Source: a virus. Taken from it: DNA of 64,000 nt. The notes below the pieces were generated by a model. That model did no database searches and had not been told where the DNA came from. It saw only the letters and a list, made by a program, of their open reading frames with translations. Shown piece after piece: positions 16,139-25,952 of the stretch (the first letter of the stretch is position 1; each line of letters begins with the position of its first letter). Location: positions 1 through 64,000 of IMG/VR virus record IMGVR_UViG_3300031576_000011. One strand, written 5' to 3'. Position numbers and translations under genes: made by a program.

Positions 16139-18731
16139 GCTCCATGCGCCGTCGGGCGCCACGGTCCGGCCCGGCCAGACGGGGCGCCGCGCGGAAGCGG
16201 CGCTCGCCGAGATCACGCTGGTCGAGGGCCTGGGCACGATCGATGACGTCAAGATCGATCTCGAGGACTACCAGGTCGTCTTCATGCTCGCGTCCTCACG
16301 TTTCCGGCTCGTCGAGAAGGCGCGGCAGACCGGATTCAGTTGGATCTTCGCGGCGGAGGCCGTGGCGCGCGCGCACCTGCGGCCGACCTACACGGCGAAC
16401 TTCGTGTCGTACAACCTCGACGACGCGAAGGAGAAGATCCGCTACGCCAAAATGATCGCCGAGTCCCTGCCACTGTCGTTCCGGAAACCGATGGTCGAGG
16501 ACGCGAAGACCCACCTGGGCTTCCTCGATAAAGCGACGCGGCAGACCGCCCTCCTCCGATCGCACCCGTCGCGGGCGCCGCGCGGCAAGGGCGGCGACAT
16601 CTATCTCGACGAACTCGCGCACTACCAGGCCGACCAAGAGGTCTACAAGGGCTCGGCCGCACTCATCGCCAGGCATCCGCTGGCCCAGCTGACGGTGTGC
16701 TCGACCCCCGCGGGTCGGCGCGGCGTGTTCTGGGAGATCGCGCGGCAGGAGACCGAGAAGACGTATCCCGGATATCACCGACAGCGCGTACCCTGGTGGC
16801 TGTCGCGCCACTACTGCCGCGACGTCGCGGCCGCGATGAAGGCCGGCATCGGCAACCTGCCCACAGCTTCGCGGGTCGAGGCGTGGGGCACCCCGGCCAT
16901 CGTGGAGCAGTTCGACTCGCTGCTCCTCGAGGACTTCCAGCAGGAAATGGAATGTTTCAGACCCGGCACCCTGATTCTGACCGATCGCGGACCAGAACCG
17001 ATCGAGCGCATCTTGGTCGGAGACGTCGTTCGCACGCACCGCGGGCGAGTGCATGCGGTGACGGGGACCTCGGCGCGGCCCTATCGTGGCCCCCTCGTCG
17101 AGATCACGACGCACCACACGAACATGCCGTTGTGCGCGACGCCGAACCACCCGCTGCTCACCGTTCGATTCCCGCGGTGCCGCTACGGATCTCGGAAGCG
17201 CGCGTACCCGTGGTCGTCTGCCACGTGCCCAGATCGCCCCAGGATGATGCCGAAGCCCGCGTTCCGTCGAGCCGACCAGATCGGCGAGCAGGATGTGCTG
17301 CTGTACCCGATCCAGAAGCCGACGGCGTCCGCCCCGCGTCGAGTCAGAATCGCGGACCACTTCACGATTCCGCCTGGATTCAAGAGCAAGAATCACATTC
17401 CGGAGATCGTGACGCTCGATCGCGACATGCTCCGACTCGCCGGGTACTTCCTGGCCGAGGGTTCAATCTCCGGCGCGGCATCCCGGATCGTCTTCTGCTT
17501 CGGGGCGCACGAGCGCAGGTACGCGACCAGAGTCCGCGCCGCGATTCGTCGAGTCTTCGGGATGAAGTCGGACGAATGCCTCGTGAAGTCGTCCAGAATC
17601 GTCGGCGTGAACTCCGTGGTCGTAGCCGGGCTCTTCGCCGATCTATTCGGAAGAAAGCAAGAGGCGCGCGCGATTCCCGACCCATGGCTGAACCTGCCGA
17701 TCGGCCGCTTGCGCGTGTTGCTCGATGCGTACATCGACGGCGAGGGGTTCCGGCGGCCCGATCAGGAGGGCTGCAGCACGATCTCGCGGAAGCTCGCCTA
17801 CCAGGTCCGGGATCTCTACGCGCGGGCCGGCGCAGTGCCCTCCATTCGATCCGTCGGGACGAAGCCGGTGCGCGGCGAGATCGGTGGCCGACATGTCTGG
17901 GTCAAGCCGCATCACGAGGTGAGGATCTTCCACCGCGCCACCGAGGATCCGCGCGGTGTGCGCGGCTGGAACGACGGGCGCTATCTGTATCTCCCGGTGC
18001 GTGGAGTCCGTCGCCGATCCTACCGAGGCCCGGTTTATAACCTCCAGGTCGCCGGCGATCAGTCCTACGTCGCGGGTAGCCATGCGGTCCACAACTGTGA
18101 ATTCGTCGACGAAGCCCACTCCTTCTTCCCGTGGGAGTTGATCCTGCCGGCGGCCAAGGACATCACGCTGCACACCGACTTCCACGACTGGACCGTGTCC
18201 GGCCGCCTGGTCGCGGGGTATGACGTCGGCCGGAAGCGGGACCTGGCCGCGCTCGTCATCACGGAGACGATCGAGGACCAGGAGTTCGTGCGGCTCTGCC
18301 AGGGCTGGGCGCGGCGGCCGTTCGAGGAGCAGATGGCCAGCCTCTGCGAGATGCTCGACGTGCTGCCCATCGCGGTGCTGCACATCGATCCGAGCGGCAT
18401 CGGCATGCAACTGGCCGAGGCGCTGGTCAACAAGTACGGCGCGCATCGGGTGCGGGCCGACGCGTTCACGCTGCAGTCCAAGGAAATGTGGGCGACGGAC
18501 CTCAAGATCAAGATGGAGCGGCATCAGCTCACGCTGCCGAAGAACCGGGATCTCCTCACGCAGATGCACGCGATCCGGAAGACGGTGGGCGCCGGCGGGA
18601 AACCACAGTTTGACTCCGAGCGGAACGCGCGCCATCATGGCGACTTGTTCTGGGCGCTGGCGCTCGCGACCCAGCGGGAACGTACGGGGGTCGCGAAGCC
18701 CACGCTCTGGACCGTGAGGGTGATCGGTTGA
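16125..18731 (+). CDS. terL: Terminase large subunit containing an intein
   Basis: Walker A KARQTGFS, Walker B IYLDELAH, STPAG, nuclease GYDVGRKRD and HGDLFWALAL. Confidence 0.93.
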   Translation: MAARRLHAPSGATVRPGQTGRRAEAALAEITLVEGLGTIDDVKIDLEDYQVVFMLASSRFRLVEKARQTGFSWIFAAEAVARAHLRPTYTANFVSYNLDDAKEKIRYAKMIAESLPLSFRKPMVEDAKTHLGFLDKATRQTALLRSHPSRAPRGKGGDIYLDELAHYQADQEVYKGSAALIARHPLAQLTVCSTPAGRRGVFWEIARQETEKTYPGYHRQRVPWWLSRHYCRDVAAAMKAGIGNLPTASRVEAWGTPAIVEQFDSLLLEDFQQEMECFRPGTLILTDRGPEPIERILVGDVVRTHRGRVHAVTGTSARPYRGPLVEITTHHTNMPLCATPNHPLLTVRFPRCRYGSRKRAYPWSSATCPDRPRMMPKPAFRRADQIGEQDVLLYPIQKPTASAPRRVRIADHFTIPPGFKSKNHIPEIVTLDRDMLRLAGYFLAEGSISGAASRIVFCFGAHERRYATRVRAAIRRVFGMKSDECLVKSSRIVGVNSVVVAGLFADLFGRKQEARAIPDPWLNLPIGRLRVLLDAYIDGEGFRRPDQEGCSTISRKLAYQVRDLYARAGAVPSIRSVGTKPVRGEIGGRHVWVKPHHEVRIFHRATEDPRGVRGWNDGRYLYLPVRGVRRRSYRGPVYNLQVAGDQSYVAGSHAVHNCEFVDEAHSFFPWELILPAAKDITLHTDFHDWTVSGRLVAGYDVGRKRDLAALVITETIEDQEFVRLCQGWARRPFEEQMASLCEMLDVLPIAVLHIDPSGIGMQLAEALVNKYGAHRVRADAFTLQSKEMWATDLKIKMERHQLTLPKNRDLLTQMHAIRKTVGAGGKPQFDSERNARHHGDLFWALALATQRERTGVAKPTLWTVRVIG
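16953..18095 (+). mobile_element. Intein with LAGLIDADG homing endonuclease (381 aa) in TerL
   Basis: QEME/CFRPGT ... ATPNHP ... LAGYFLAEG ... LDAYIDGEG ... VYNLQV ... AVHN/CEF. Confidence 0.92.
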
Positions 18732-20569
18732 TCCGAGACATGCTCAAGGCCCTGTGGGGGCGCGTCGCGAAGGCCGATGCGCCCGAGGGCACGGTCCTCG
18801 GACGCTTCAAGGCGCACCTCGCGAGCGTGGGCGTCCAGACGAACGCGCTGGCCCCGGACGACGCCGTGTTGCGGCAGTTCAACGAGCACGGCGCGCTCGA
18901 GCCGCCGCTGGCCTTCGAGTCCCTGGTCGCCCTCTACTTCGCGAGCAACAGCCTCCAGCCGAACATCGCGGCCTACAAGACCAACATCGACGGCTTCGGC
19001 TGGCGGCCGGAACCCACGATCGACTTCAACGCGGGGAATGCGCTCGAGCTCGTGAAGAACCTGCTCACCATGCGGGGGGGCGGCACCGAACCGGACCAGA
19101 CGACGCTCGAGCAGACGTTCGCGACCTGGAAGAAGGAAGCCGCGATCGAGCGCGCGCGGATGGTCCACTTCTTCGAGTACCTGAACACCGAGGACACCTG
19201 GACCGCGATCCGGCAGAAGATGCGCCAGGACTACGAGATCCTGGGCAACGCGGCGTGCGAGATCGTGCGCAACGCCGAGGGCGAGCTCGCGCTGCTGAAT
19301 CCGGTCCCGTTCGTCACCATGCGCATGCTGCCGCTCGACGACCACGCCATCGAGGTCGAGGTCCCGCACAAGACCGACGACGTCACGATCGAGACGACCA
19401 AGATCCGCAAGCGGTTCCGGCGCTACGTCCAGATCCGGGACAATCTGGTGGTCTACTTCAAGGAGCTCGGGGACCCCCGGACGTTCTCGTCGAAGAGCAA
19501 TATCCAGTACCAGAGCGTCGAGGCGTTGCAGGCCGCGGAGCCGGACGTGGCGCCGGCCACCGAGATCTGGCACCTGAAGCAGGACGCGCCGAACGAGGCG
19601 TACGGCGTCCCGCGCTGGATCGGGAACCTGCTGTCGGTGCTCGGGAGCCGGAGCTCGGAGGAGGTCAACTACTCCTACTTCGAGAACAAGTCGATCCCGC
19701 CCATGGTGCTGATCGCCGAGGGGGGCCGGTTCGCCGCGGACGGGGTCAAGAAGATCGAGTCGTTCATCGAGAACAACATCCGCGGGAAGCAGAACTTCCA
19801 CAAGATCCTGATCCTCGAGTCGGAGCCCGACCCGGCGGGGAAGACGGCAGGGCGCGTCAAGATCGTGCCCCTCATGAGCGCGCAGGCCCAGGACGCGCTG
19901 TTCCAGCGGTACGACCAGAACAACATTGACAAGGTAGGCGCGGCCTTCCGCATGCCCGGGATCCTGCGCGGGCAGATGAAGGAGCTGAACCGCGCCACGA
20001 GCGAGGTCGCGCTCGGATTCGCGGAGCAGCAGGTGTTCGGGCCGGAGCGCGAGATGTTCGACGCGATCGTGAACCGCCGGATCGTGCCGCGGCTGGGCAT
20101 CCGGTTCTGGAAGCACAAGTCGATCGGGCCGCGGGTCAGCGATCCGGCCGTCATGACCGAGATCCTCAACAAGCTGGTGACCGCGGGCGTGCTCATGCCG
20201 GACGAGGCGCGGGACCACGCGCCCGAGGTGCTGGGCCGCGCACTCGCGCGACGCGACGACAAGTTCCTGAGGCAGCCCCTGCGGCTGTCGCTCGCCGAGA
20301 TGCGCGCGACGGGATCGCTCGAGCCCGGTGGCGAGACGAAGGCCGAGGGCGACCTGACGGCCGCGGAAGTCGCGGGTCCACCGGGCAGCGCGAACGGTCG
20401 GCCTCGCCGGCGCAGCCGCCGCATCGAGGATCTGGCCGCCGAGATCTGCGAAATCCGGGCGGCGGTCGAGGCGCGCGAGCTCGAGGAAGAGACGTTGCGC
20501 GTGCCGGCTGGGCAGTTCCGGCAGTGGCTGGAGACCGAGAAGCCCGGGGCGAAGACGCCCACACGATAG
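18728..20569 (+). CDS. Portal protein
   Basis: Follows TerL; DYEILGNAACEIVRN, YGVPRW, NYSYFENKSIP, AFRMPGIL, NRATSE. Confidence 0.9.
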   Translation: MIRDMLKALWGRVAKADAPEGTVLGRFKAHLASVGVQTNALAPDDAVLRQFNEHGALEPPLAFESLVALYFASNSLQPNIAAYKTNIDGFGWRPEPTIDFNAGNALELVKNLLTMRGGGTEPDQTTLEQTFATWKKEAAIERARMVHFFEYLNTEDTWTAIRQKMRQDYEILGNAACEIVRNAEGELALLNPVPFVTMRMLPLDDHAIEVEVPHKTDDVTIETTKIRKRFRRYVQIRDNLVVYFKELGDPRTFSSKSNIQYQSVEALQAAEPDVAPATEIWHLKQDAPNEAYGVPRWIGNLLSVLGSRSSEEVNYSYFENKSIPPMVLIAEGGRFAADGVKKIESFIENNIRGKQNFHKILILESEPDPAGKTAGRVKIVPLMSAQAQDALFQRYDQNNIDKVGAAFRMPGILRGQMKELNRATSEVALGFAEQQVFGPEREMFDAIVNRRIVPRLGIRFWKHKSIGPRVSDPAVMTEILNKLVTAGVLMPDEARDHAPEVLGRALARRDDKFLRQPLRLSLAEMRATGSLEPGGETKAEGDLTAAEVAGPPGSANGRPRRRSRRIEDLAAEICEIRAAVEARELEEETLRVPAGQFRQWLETEKPGAKTPTR

Positions 20570-20573
20570 GCGA

Positions 20574-21647
20574 GTGCCCGACCGTTCCGAGCCTTGGTCT
20601 CCGAGGGGCCACAACGCCTCCTCCTGGCCGGACTTCGGGGCGGCGGGCCTCGCCACCCTTGACGCACTCGGCGTGCTCCCGATGGTGAAGCAGCGCGACG
20701 ATCGCGAGGACTTCGCCCGGAAGGCCGTGTTGCTGGCTGCGGCGCTCGCGAGCACCCTGCGCCCAGAGGAGCAACGGGCGATCACCCGGATTGCGGAGAT
20801 CGTGGACCGCGAGTGGGACCGGATCGGCCCCGAGGAGCGGGCGCGCCTCCTGCGTCAGGCCGCCGACGCCATCGCGGAGATCCCGCGCGAGGTGCGGAAC
20901 GAGCTCCGGGACCGACTGCTGGCCGGGGCCGTGGCGATGGAGCGGCGCGCGCGCGTGGCCGCGATCGCGACGGCGCGGCTCGCGCAGGCGAAGCGCCCGC
21001 CGCCCGCCCAGACCGAGGCGGCCATGCGTCTGGCGGCCCCCAGCGTGGAGGCGATCGAGGGGGAGTACGCGGGCCGCGGCGACCGCTGGCACGAGCTGGC
21101 CCTCGCGCTGCTGGCCGCGGGCCTGGCCGGCGGGGTCTCGCGCGACGATCTCGCCGCCAGGCTGCGGGAGTCGGTCCAGGGCTTTCTGCGCCGCCCCGAC
21201 TACATCGTGGGGGTGGCGGCCGCCGTGCTGAACCGGGCGCGCGTCGATGCGGCCACGCGCGTGTTCGCCGAAGCGGGAGTCCAGCAGGTGATGGTGATCT
21301 CGAAGCGAGACACGAAGGTCTGTGACAAGTGCTGGGCCATGGATGGCACCGTGTTCCCCCTCGCGCCGATCCGTGGCCTGCTGGACGCGCTCGCGGGTCT
21401 GCGCGATCCCGATGCGGTCGCGCGTCGGAATCCGTTCCTGCGCGAGGGGCGGGACGCGGAGGGCCGCCGGATCGTCTACCTGCAAGAGGGCGATCGCCGG
21501 ACGGTCGTGGCCCAGGTGCTCGCGTCCGGCGAGGGCGGCGAACGGGGGCGCTTCGGATCGAAGATGTCGGCGATCGAGTTGCTCGCGCACGGGATCGGCC
21601 CGCCGCCGTACCACCCGATCTGTCGGTGCCGCCTCGTTCCGGCTTGA
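20574..21647 (+). CDS. Head morphogenesis protein (SPP1 gp7/Mu F-like)
   Basis: DTKVCDKCWAMDG ... PPYHPICRCRL; start uncertain. Confidence 0.82.
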   Translation: MPDRSEPWSPRGHNASSWPDFGAAGLATLDALGVLPMVKQRDDREDFARKAVLLAAALASTLRPEEQRAITRIAEIVDREWDRIGPEERARLLRQAADAIAEIPREVRNELRDRLLAGAVAMERRARVAAIATARLAQAKRPPPAQTEAAMRLAAPSVEAIEGEYAGRGDRWHELALALLAAGLAGGVSRDDLAARLRESVQGFLRRPDYIVGVAAAVLNRARVDAATRVFAEAGVQQVMVISKRDTKVCDKCWAMDGTVFPLAPIRGLLDALAGLRDPDAVARRNPFLREGRDAEGRRIVYLQEGDRRTVVAQVLASGEGGERGRFGSKMSAIELLAHGIGPPPYHPICRCRLVPA

Positions 21648-21705
21648 CCCCGCGTGTCTGGCCGGTTAGGTTCGCGCGCGGGCGCGCGACTGCGCTGGGG
21701 GTCAC

Positions 21706-22185
21706 ATGGGCGAACAGGTCAACGCGGATCACTTCGCGGGCGGCGCCAAGCTCACGGACCGTGACCTTGCGCAGCGACTGAATCGTGCGAACACCATGAC
21801 AGAGACCCTCGGATTCGCCGACTACAACGGCGGGAACATCGCGAACGGGCCGATGTTCGTCATGGGGATCATCGTCCAGTCCCAGCATCGCGTGACGGCC
21901 GCCGGCTGGCTGGCGTTCCTCAGCGCCAGCGGACGCAGCGACCCCGCGGCATGGACGGCCGGCACCGCCACGGTCAAGGTGCGGGTGAACGGCGTCGTGA
22001 AGGCGTCGATCCCGATCGTGGCGCCCGGCGACGCGAGCCACGTCCACGGCGTGGGGCTGAAGTTCGATCCGGAGCAGTTCCCCGTGGTCGCCGGTGACAT
22101 CCTCGACTGCGTCTACGACATGGTGGGCTACGGGGCCGGATTTCCGAACATCTTCGGGAACGTCGGCATCGAGTACAAGCGCTGA
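21706..22185 (+). CDS. Hypothetical beta-rich virion protein
   Basis: 159 aa ORF in the head module. Confidence 0.6.
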   Translation: MGEQVNADHFAGGAKLTDRDLAQRLNRANTMTETLGFADYNGGNIANGPMFVMGIIVQSQHRVTAAGWLAFLSASGRSDPAAWTAGTATVKVRVNGVVKASIPIVAPGDASHVHGVGLKFDPEQFPVVAGDILDCVYDMVGYGAGFPNIFGNVGIEYKR

Positions 22186-22199
22186 TCCTCGGGAGCCGC

Positions 22200-24467
22200 A
22201 TGGCCGCCACCACCGATGTTGAGGCTTTCGATCTCTTCGATCCGGTCGCCACGGTCGACGTCGCGAAGACCGTCTGGGCCTCGCCGGCCGGGAAGAAGCG
22301 GCTGCAGCGTCGCCTTTGCGCGATGCTTCCGAAGGACCACGCGACGTTCTGCGAGCCATTCGTGGGATCGGGAGCGGTCACATTCGGCATGGAGCCAGTG
22401 GCGCGGGAGGCCGTCAACGACATCGACCCGGAGATCGCGCAGGCGTATCGGGACCTGAAGGCGCTGACCCCGGAGGAAGTCCGGGCGATGTACCGGAAGA
22501 ACTGGATCGCGAGCGCCGAGCTCTTCAAGCGGCTGGCGAAGCAGAAGCCGCCCGAGAGCCGGGTCGACCGCCTCCACCGCTTCGTCTACCTGGCGAACTT
22601 CGCGTACGGGAAGCTGCGCGGGAAGTCCTTCAACCACCACGCGGCGGGCCAGCGCGCGAAGAGCCCGGAGCGCATCGAGAAGTTCCACGGGCGCGTGAAG
22701 AACTTCGACGTCTACTGCGGCGACTACACGCCGGTGGTCCAGCAGTACGACGGGAAGGACAGCCTCTACTTCTTCGATCCGCCCTACGCGGGATCGAACG
22801 TCCAGGTCGGGGAGGACAAGTTCGACGAGGTCGCGTTCCGCAAGATTCTCGATGGCCTGCAGGGCCGATTCCTCCTGACCTACGGCGTGACGGGGAAGCT
22901 CGTCACGAAGGGATTCAACGTCCGGAGGATCCTGCCGCCCCGCTCGATCCGCACGATGCGCGGGGTCATGGGCATGAAGACGCTCCCGACCCTGCTCATC
23001 TCGAACTACGAGTTGCTGGCCAAGCGCATGTCTCCGCTGGACGACGACTGGGAGTTCGAGGACGCGGTCGCGGACGCCACCTGCGAGTTCGACAAGGCCA
23101 GGTTCCCGGCGCTCACGATGCCAGACCCCGACTACCTCGTGGCGCGCCTGGCCGCCCGGCAGCCGGCGGCGGTGCTCTCCGCGATCAACCGCGACGCACG
23201 GATCGGACTCGACCAGGCGCTGGTGAACGAGCGGGTCGTCCCCGAGCAGGATCTCAGCGTCCACGCGATCGTGAAGATGATGGCGCCGCTCGAGGTCGCC
23301 AGTCTGGATCGCCTCGAGAAGCGCTGGCAGGAGTCGCTGGACGAGATCACGCACGCGGAGTTCGTGGCGCGGGAGGCGTCTGGCGAGGGCCCGTTCCGGT
23401 TGTACCCGCTGGTGCTGGTGCGGCAGTTCGCGGAGCCACGGCTGATCGAGGATCGCGTGGGCGAGGCGAAGCGTGGTGGGCCAGGCGCGCTCGCGCGGCC
23501 GCATCCGTGCAAATACTGCGACGCGGAGGCGACGCGGGCGCTGATCTGGGCCGACGGGCGCGCGTTCATCCCGATCTGCCCGGACCACGAGGCGAAGGCG
23601 CGGGACACGATCGCCGAGAATCACGACACGGTGTGCGAGGTCCGCGATCTGCCGGTCCACGACGAGAAGTCGGAGCGGCGGCCCGGGGAGTCGGTGTCGG
23701 AGTGCGTGGCGCGCAAGATCCCGATTCTGATCGAGGAAGGGATGCCGCAGGCCCAGGCCGTCGCCGTGGCGCATCGGCTGTGCGGGGCCCCGAAGCCCAC
23801 CGCGAAGGCCGAGTGGACCACCGCGTACATCAACGACCTCGCCGACGCTGCCTTCTTGCACATCTCGGCCGGCGGGAAGAAGGACGCCGACGGGAAGACG
23901 GTCCCGCGCTCGCTGCGGCACTTCCCGGTGCGCGACAAGGACGGCACACTCGATCTTCCGCACCTGCGGAACGCGATCGCTCGCATCCCCCAGACCACCG
24001 CGCCGGACCTGAGTGCGCAGGAACGCGAGCGGTTGCAGGCCGAGGCGCGGAGCCTGCTCGATCAGACGCAGAAGAGCGACACGCACCACATCCGACTCAT
24101 CAAGGCGGAGCGTAGTTCCGACGAGGAGCGGTTTGTCCTCGGCGTCGTGCTCGAGCCAGAGGTCGAGGACACGCAGGGCGACATCTACTCCCCAGAGGAA
24201 GTTCGCAATGCGTGCCACCACTTCATGGAGGACGCGCGCAAGATCGGCTACATGCACCGGAGCCTCCTGGGGCAGGGCGCGGCCATCCTCGAGAACTACA
24301 TCACGCCGGTCGCGTTCCAGATCAACGGGCAGGCCGTGAAGGCCGGGACCTGGCTGCTGGGCCTGCGAATCCACGACAAGGGCGTGTGGCAGGACATCAA
24401 GGACGGCACGATCACCGGGTACTCGATCGGCGGCTCGGCACTTCGGCAAGAAGACGAGGGGAAGTAG
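22200..24467 (+). CDS. Fusion: D12-class adenine methyltransferase + linker domains + XkdF-like prohead serine protease
   Basis: N-terminal FCEPFVGSGAV, VNDID, FFDPPY; C-terminal VLGVVLEP..DTQGD, YMH, WLLGLRI..VWQDIKDGTITGYSIGG. Confidence 0.85.
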   Translation: MAATTDVEAFDLFDPVATVDVAKTVWASPAGKKRLQRRLCAMLPKDHATFCEPFVGSGAVTFGMEPVAREAVNDIDPEIAQAYRDLKALTPEEVRAMYRKNWIASAELFKRLAKQKPPESRVDRLHRFVYLANFAYGKLRGKSFNHHAAGQRAKSPERIEKFHGRVKNFDVYCGDYTPVVQQYDGKDSLYFFDPPYAGSNVQVGEDKFDEVAFRKILDGLQGRFLLTYGVTGKLVTKGFNVRRILPPRSIRTMRGVMGMKTLPTLLISNYELLAKRMSPLDDDWEFEDAVADATCEFDKARFPALTMPDPDYLVARLAARQPAAVLSAINRDARIGLDQALVNERVVPEQDLSVHAIVKMMAPLEVASLDRLEKRWQESLDEITHAEFVAREASGEGPFRLYPLVLVRQFAEPRLIEDRVGEAKRGGPGALARPHPCKYCDAEATRALIWADGRAFIPICPDHEAKARDTIAENHDTVCEVRDLPVHDEKSERRPGESVSECVARKIPILIEEGMPQAQAVAVAHRLCGAPKPTAKAEWTTAYINDLADAAFLHISAGGKKDADGKTVPRSLRHFPVRDKDGTLDLPHLRNAIARIPQTTAPDLSAQERERLQAEARSLLDQTQKSDTHHIRLIKAERSSDEERFVLGVVLEPEVEDTQGDIYSPEEVRNACHHFMEDARKIGYMHRSLLGQGAAILENYITPVAFQINGQAVKAGTWLLGLRIHDKGVWQDIKDGTITGYSIGGSALRQEDEGK

Positions 24468-24515
24468 CCTCTTGACAGGTCTGGCCTCCGGTGGTCTACT
24501 CGCCGCCCACGTGGT

Positions 24516-25913
24516 GTGGGTAACGCATCCGATTGGTGGTTCGAGCTCTCCGCTGGGGCGCGGGATCGCCGCGCGCGGCGTCATCGCCTCTTCGACATTC
24601 GGCCCGGCGAAGTCAGCGTCGTGGATCGCGCGGCGAACCGACGGAAGTTCCTCGTGACCAAGCGGGAGGGCAGCATGAAGACCAAGACCGATGGCGCCGG
24701 AACTGATGTCGCCGTGGCGGACGGCGCGGCGGACGAGTCGGTGGACTTCGGCAAGGACCCGGCCACGCTCACCGAGGTCCAGAAGGCTGAGTCCATGCCG
24801 ACTCCAGTGAAGGCCGCGTCGACCCAGATGCTCACCGAGGCCACCGAGCGCCTGATGGCGCTGGTGAACGCGCTGCGTGACGCCAAGGCCACGAATGCGA
24901 AGGGCCCGCTGCCGCCGGCGCTCGGTCGCGAGATCAAGGCGGTCGCCGGGCTCCTGCAGGGCCTCCTGTCGAAGTTCCCCTCGGGTGCGCCGGCAGAGGC
25001 CACGGGCAAGGACCAGATGCCGCCAGAGGAGCAGGACGAGCTCGAGAAGCGGATGGATCGGATCATCGAGCGCGCCACCGCGATCAAGAGCGCGGTGCAT
25101 GGGACGGATGGCGGCAAGCGCGGCGAGGTCCCGAACGACCTGGGTCACGAGCTCAAGGCCCTCACCCACATGGCGGGTGCCGCGTGCGGCCTGGCCCCGG
25201 CCGCGGTCCGCAAGGCGCTCTGGCTCGTCGAGGCCGAGGTCGGCGCCGACGAGATCCAGAAGGAGGCCGCCGGCCTGTGCCTGCATCCGGACGTGAAGAC
25301 CGCGCTGCTCGCGCGGCTCGAGAAGGTGCTGGACGTCCTGGCGCCGACGCTGCGCGACACCTCGCGGTTCGCGGAGCGCGACTCGCTCGACTCGCCGCTG
25401 ATGCCCGACTTCCTGGTCAAGCAGGGTCGCCAGATGTCCGACGATCTCCTCGGGATCGGTCTCGAGTTCGGGATGCCGTCCGGCGCGGATCTCCCGGTGA
25501 CGGCGCCGAAGGCCGGCGCGGTCGGCCGGGCGAGCGACGTGCTCGCGGTCGTGAAGACTGGCTCGACCACGGCGGCGGCGGCCACGGCCACGGCGGCCGG
25601 GGCGGCCGCTCCCGCCGGTAACGCGGCGGCGGCGGCCCCCGCGGCGGCGCCGGCCGGGATCACGGCGGAGGCGATCGCCAAGGCGGTGCGCGACGGGCTG
25701 CTCGAGGCGTTCGCGCCGCTGGCCGGGCGCATGGACGCCATCCAGGCGGAGGCCAAGGCGCAGGGCGTCCGGATCGCCAAGATGGCCGGCGCCACCCCGG
25801 AGGGGAACGTGATTCCGGCGGGTGGGCCCAAGCCCACACCGCCGCCGAGTGGGGTCGGAACGTTCGATGCCGCCGAGGTCGCTCGGCGGAAGAAGGCCGG
25901 GCTCTGGTTCTAG
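24516..25913 (+). CDS. Putative capsid scaffolding protein
   Basis: EVSVVDRAANRRKFLVTK N-terminus; helical and Ala-rich; directly upstream of MCP. Confidence 0.6.
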   Translation: MGNASDWWFELSAGARDRRARRHRLFDIRPGEVSVVDRAANRRKFLVTKREGSMKTKTDGAGTDVAVADGAADESVDFGKDPATLTEVQKAESMPTPVKAASTQMLTEATERLMALVNALRDAKATNAKGPLPPALGREIKAVAGLLQGLLSKFPSGAPAEATGKDQMPPEEQDELEKRMDRIIERATAIKSAVHGTDGGKRGEVPNDLGHELKALTHMAGAACGLAPAAVRKALWLVEAEVGADEIQKEAAGLCLHPDVKTALLARLEKVLDVLAPTLRDTSRFAERDSLDSPLMPDFLVKQGRQMSDDLLGIGLEFGMPSGADLPVTAPKAGAVGRASDVLAVVKTGSTTAAAATATAAGAAAPAGNAAAAAPAAAPAGITAEAIAKAVRDGLLEAFAPLAGRMDAIQAEAKAQGVRIAKMAGATPEGNVIPAGGPKPTPPPSGVGTFDAAEVARRKKAGLWF

Positions 25914-25952
25914 GCGAGTAGGCGCGTCACGAGGACGGTCGGAGTGCGCTCC

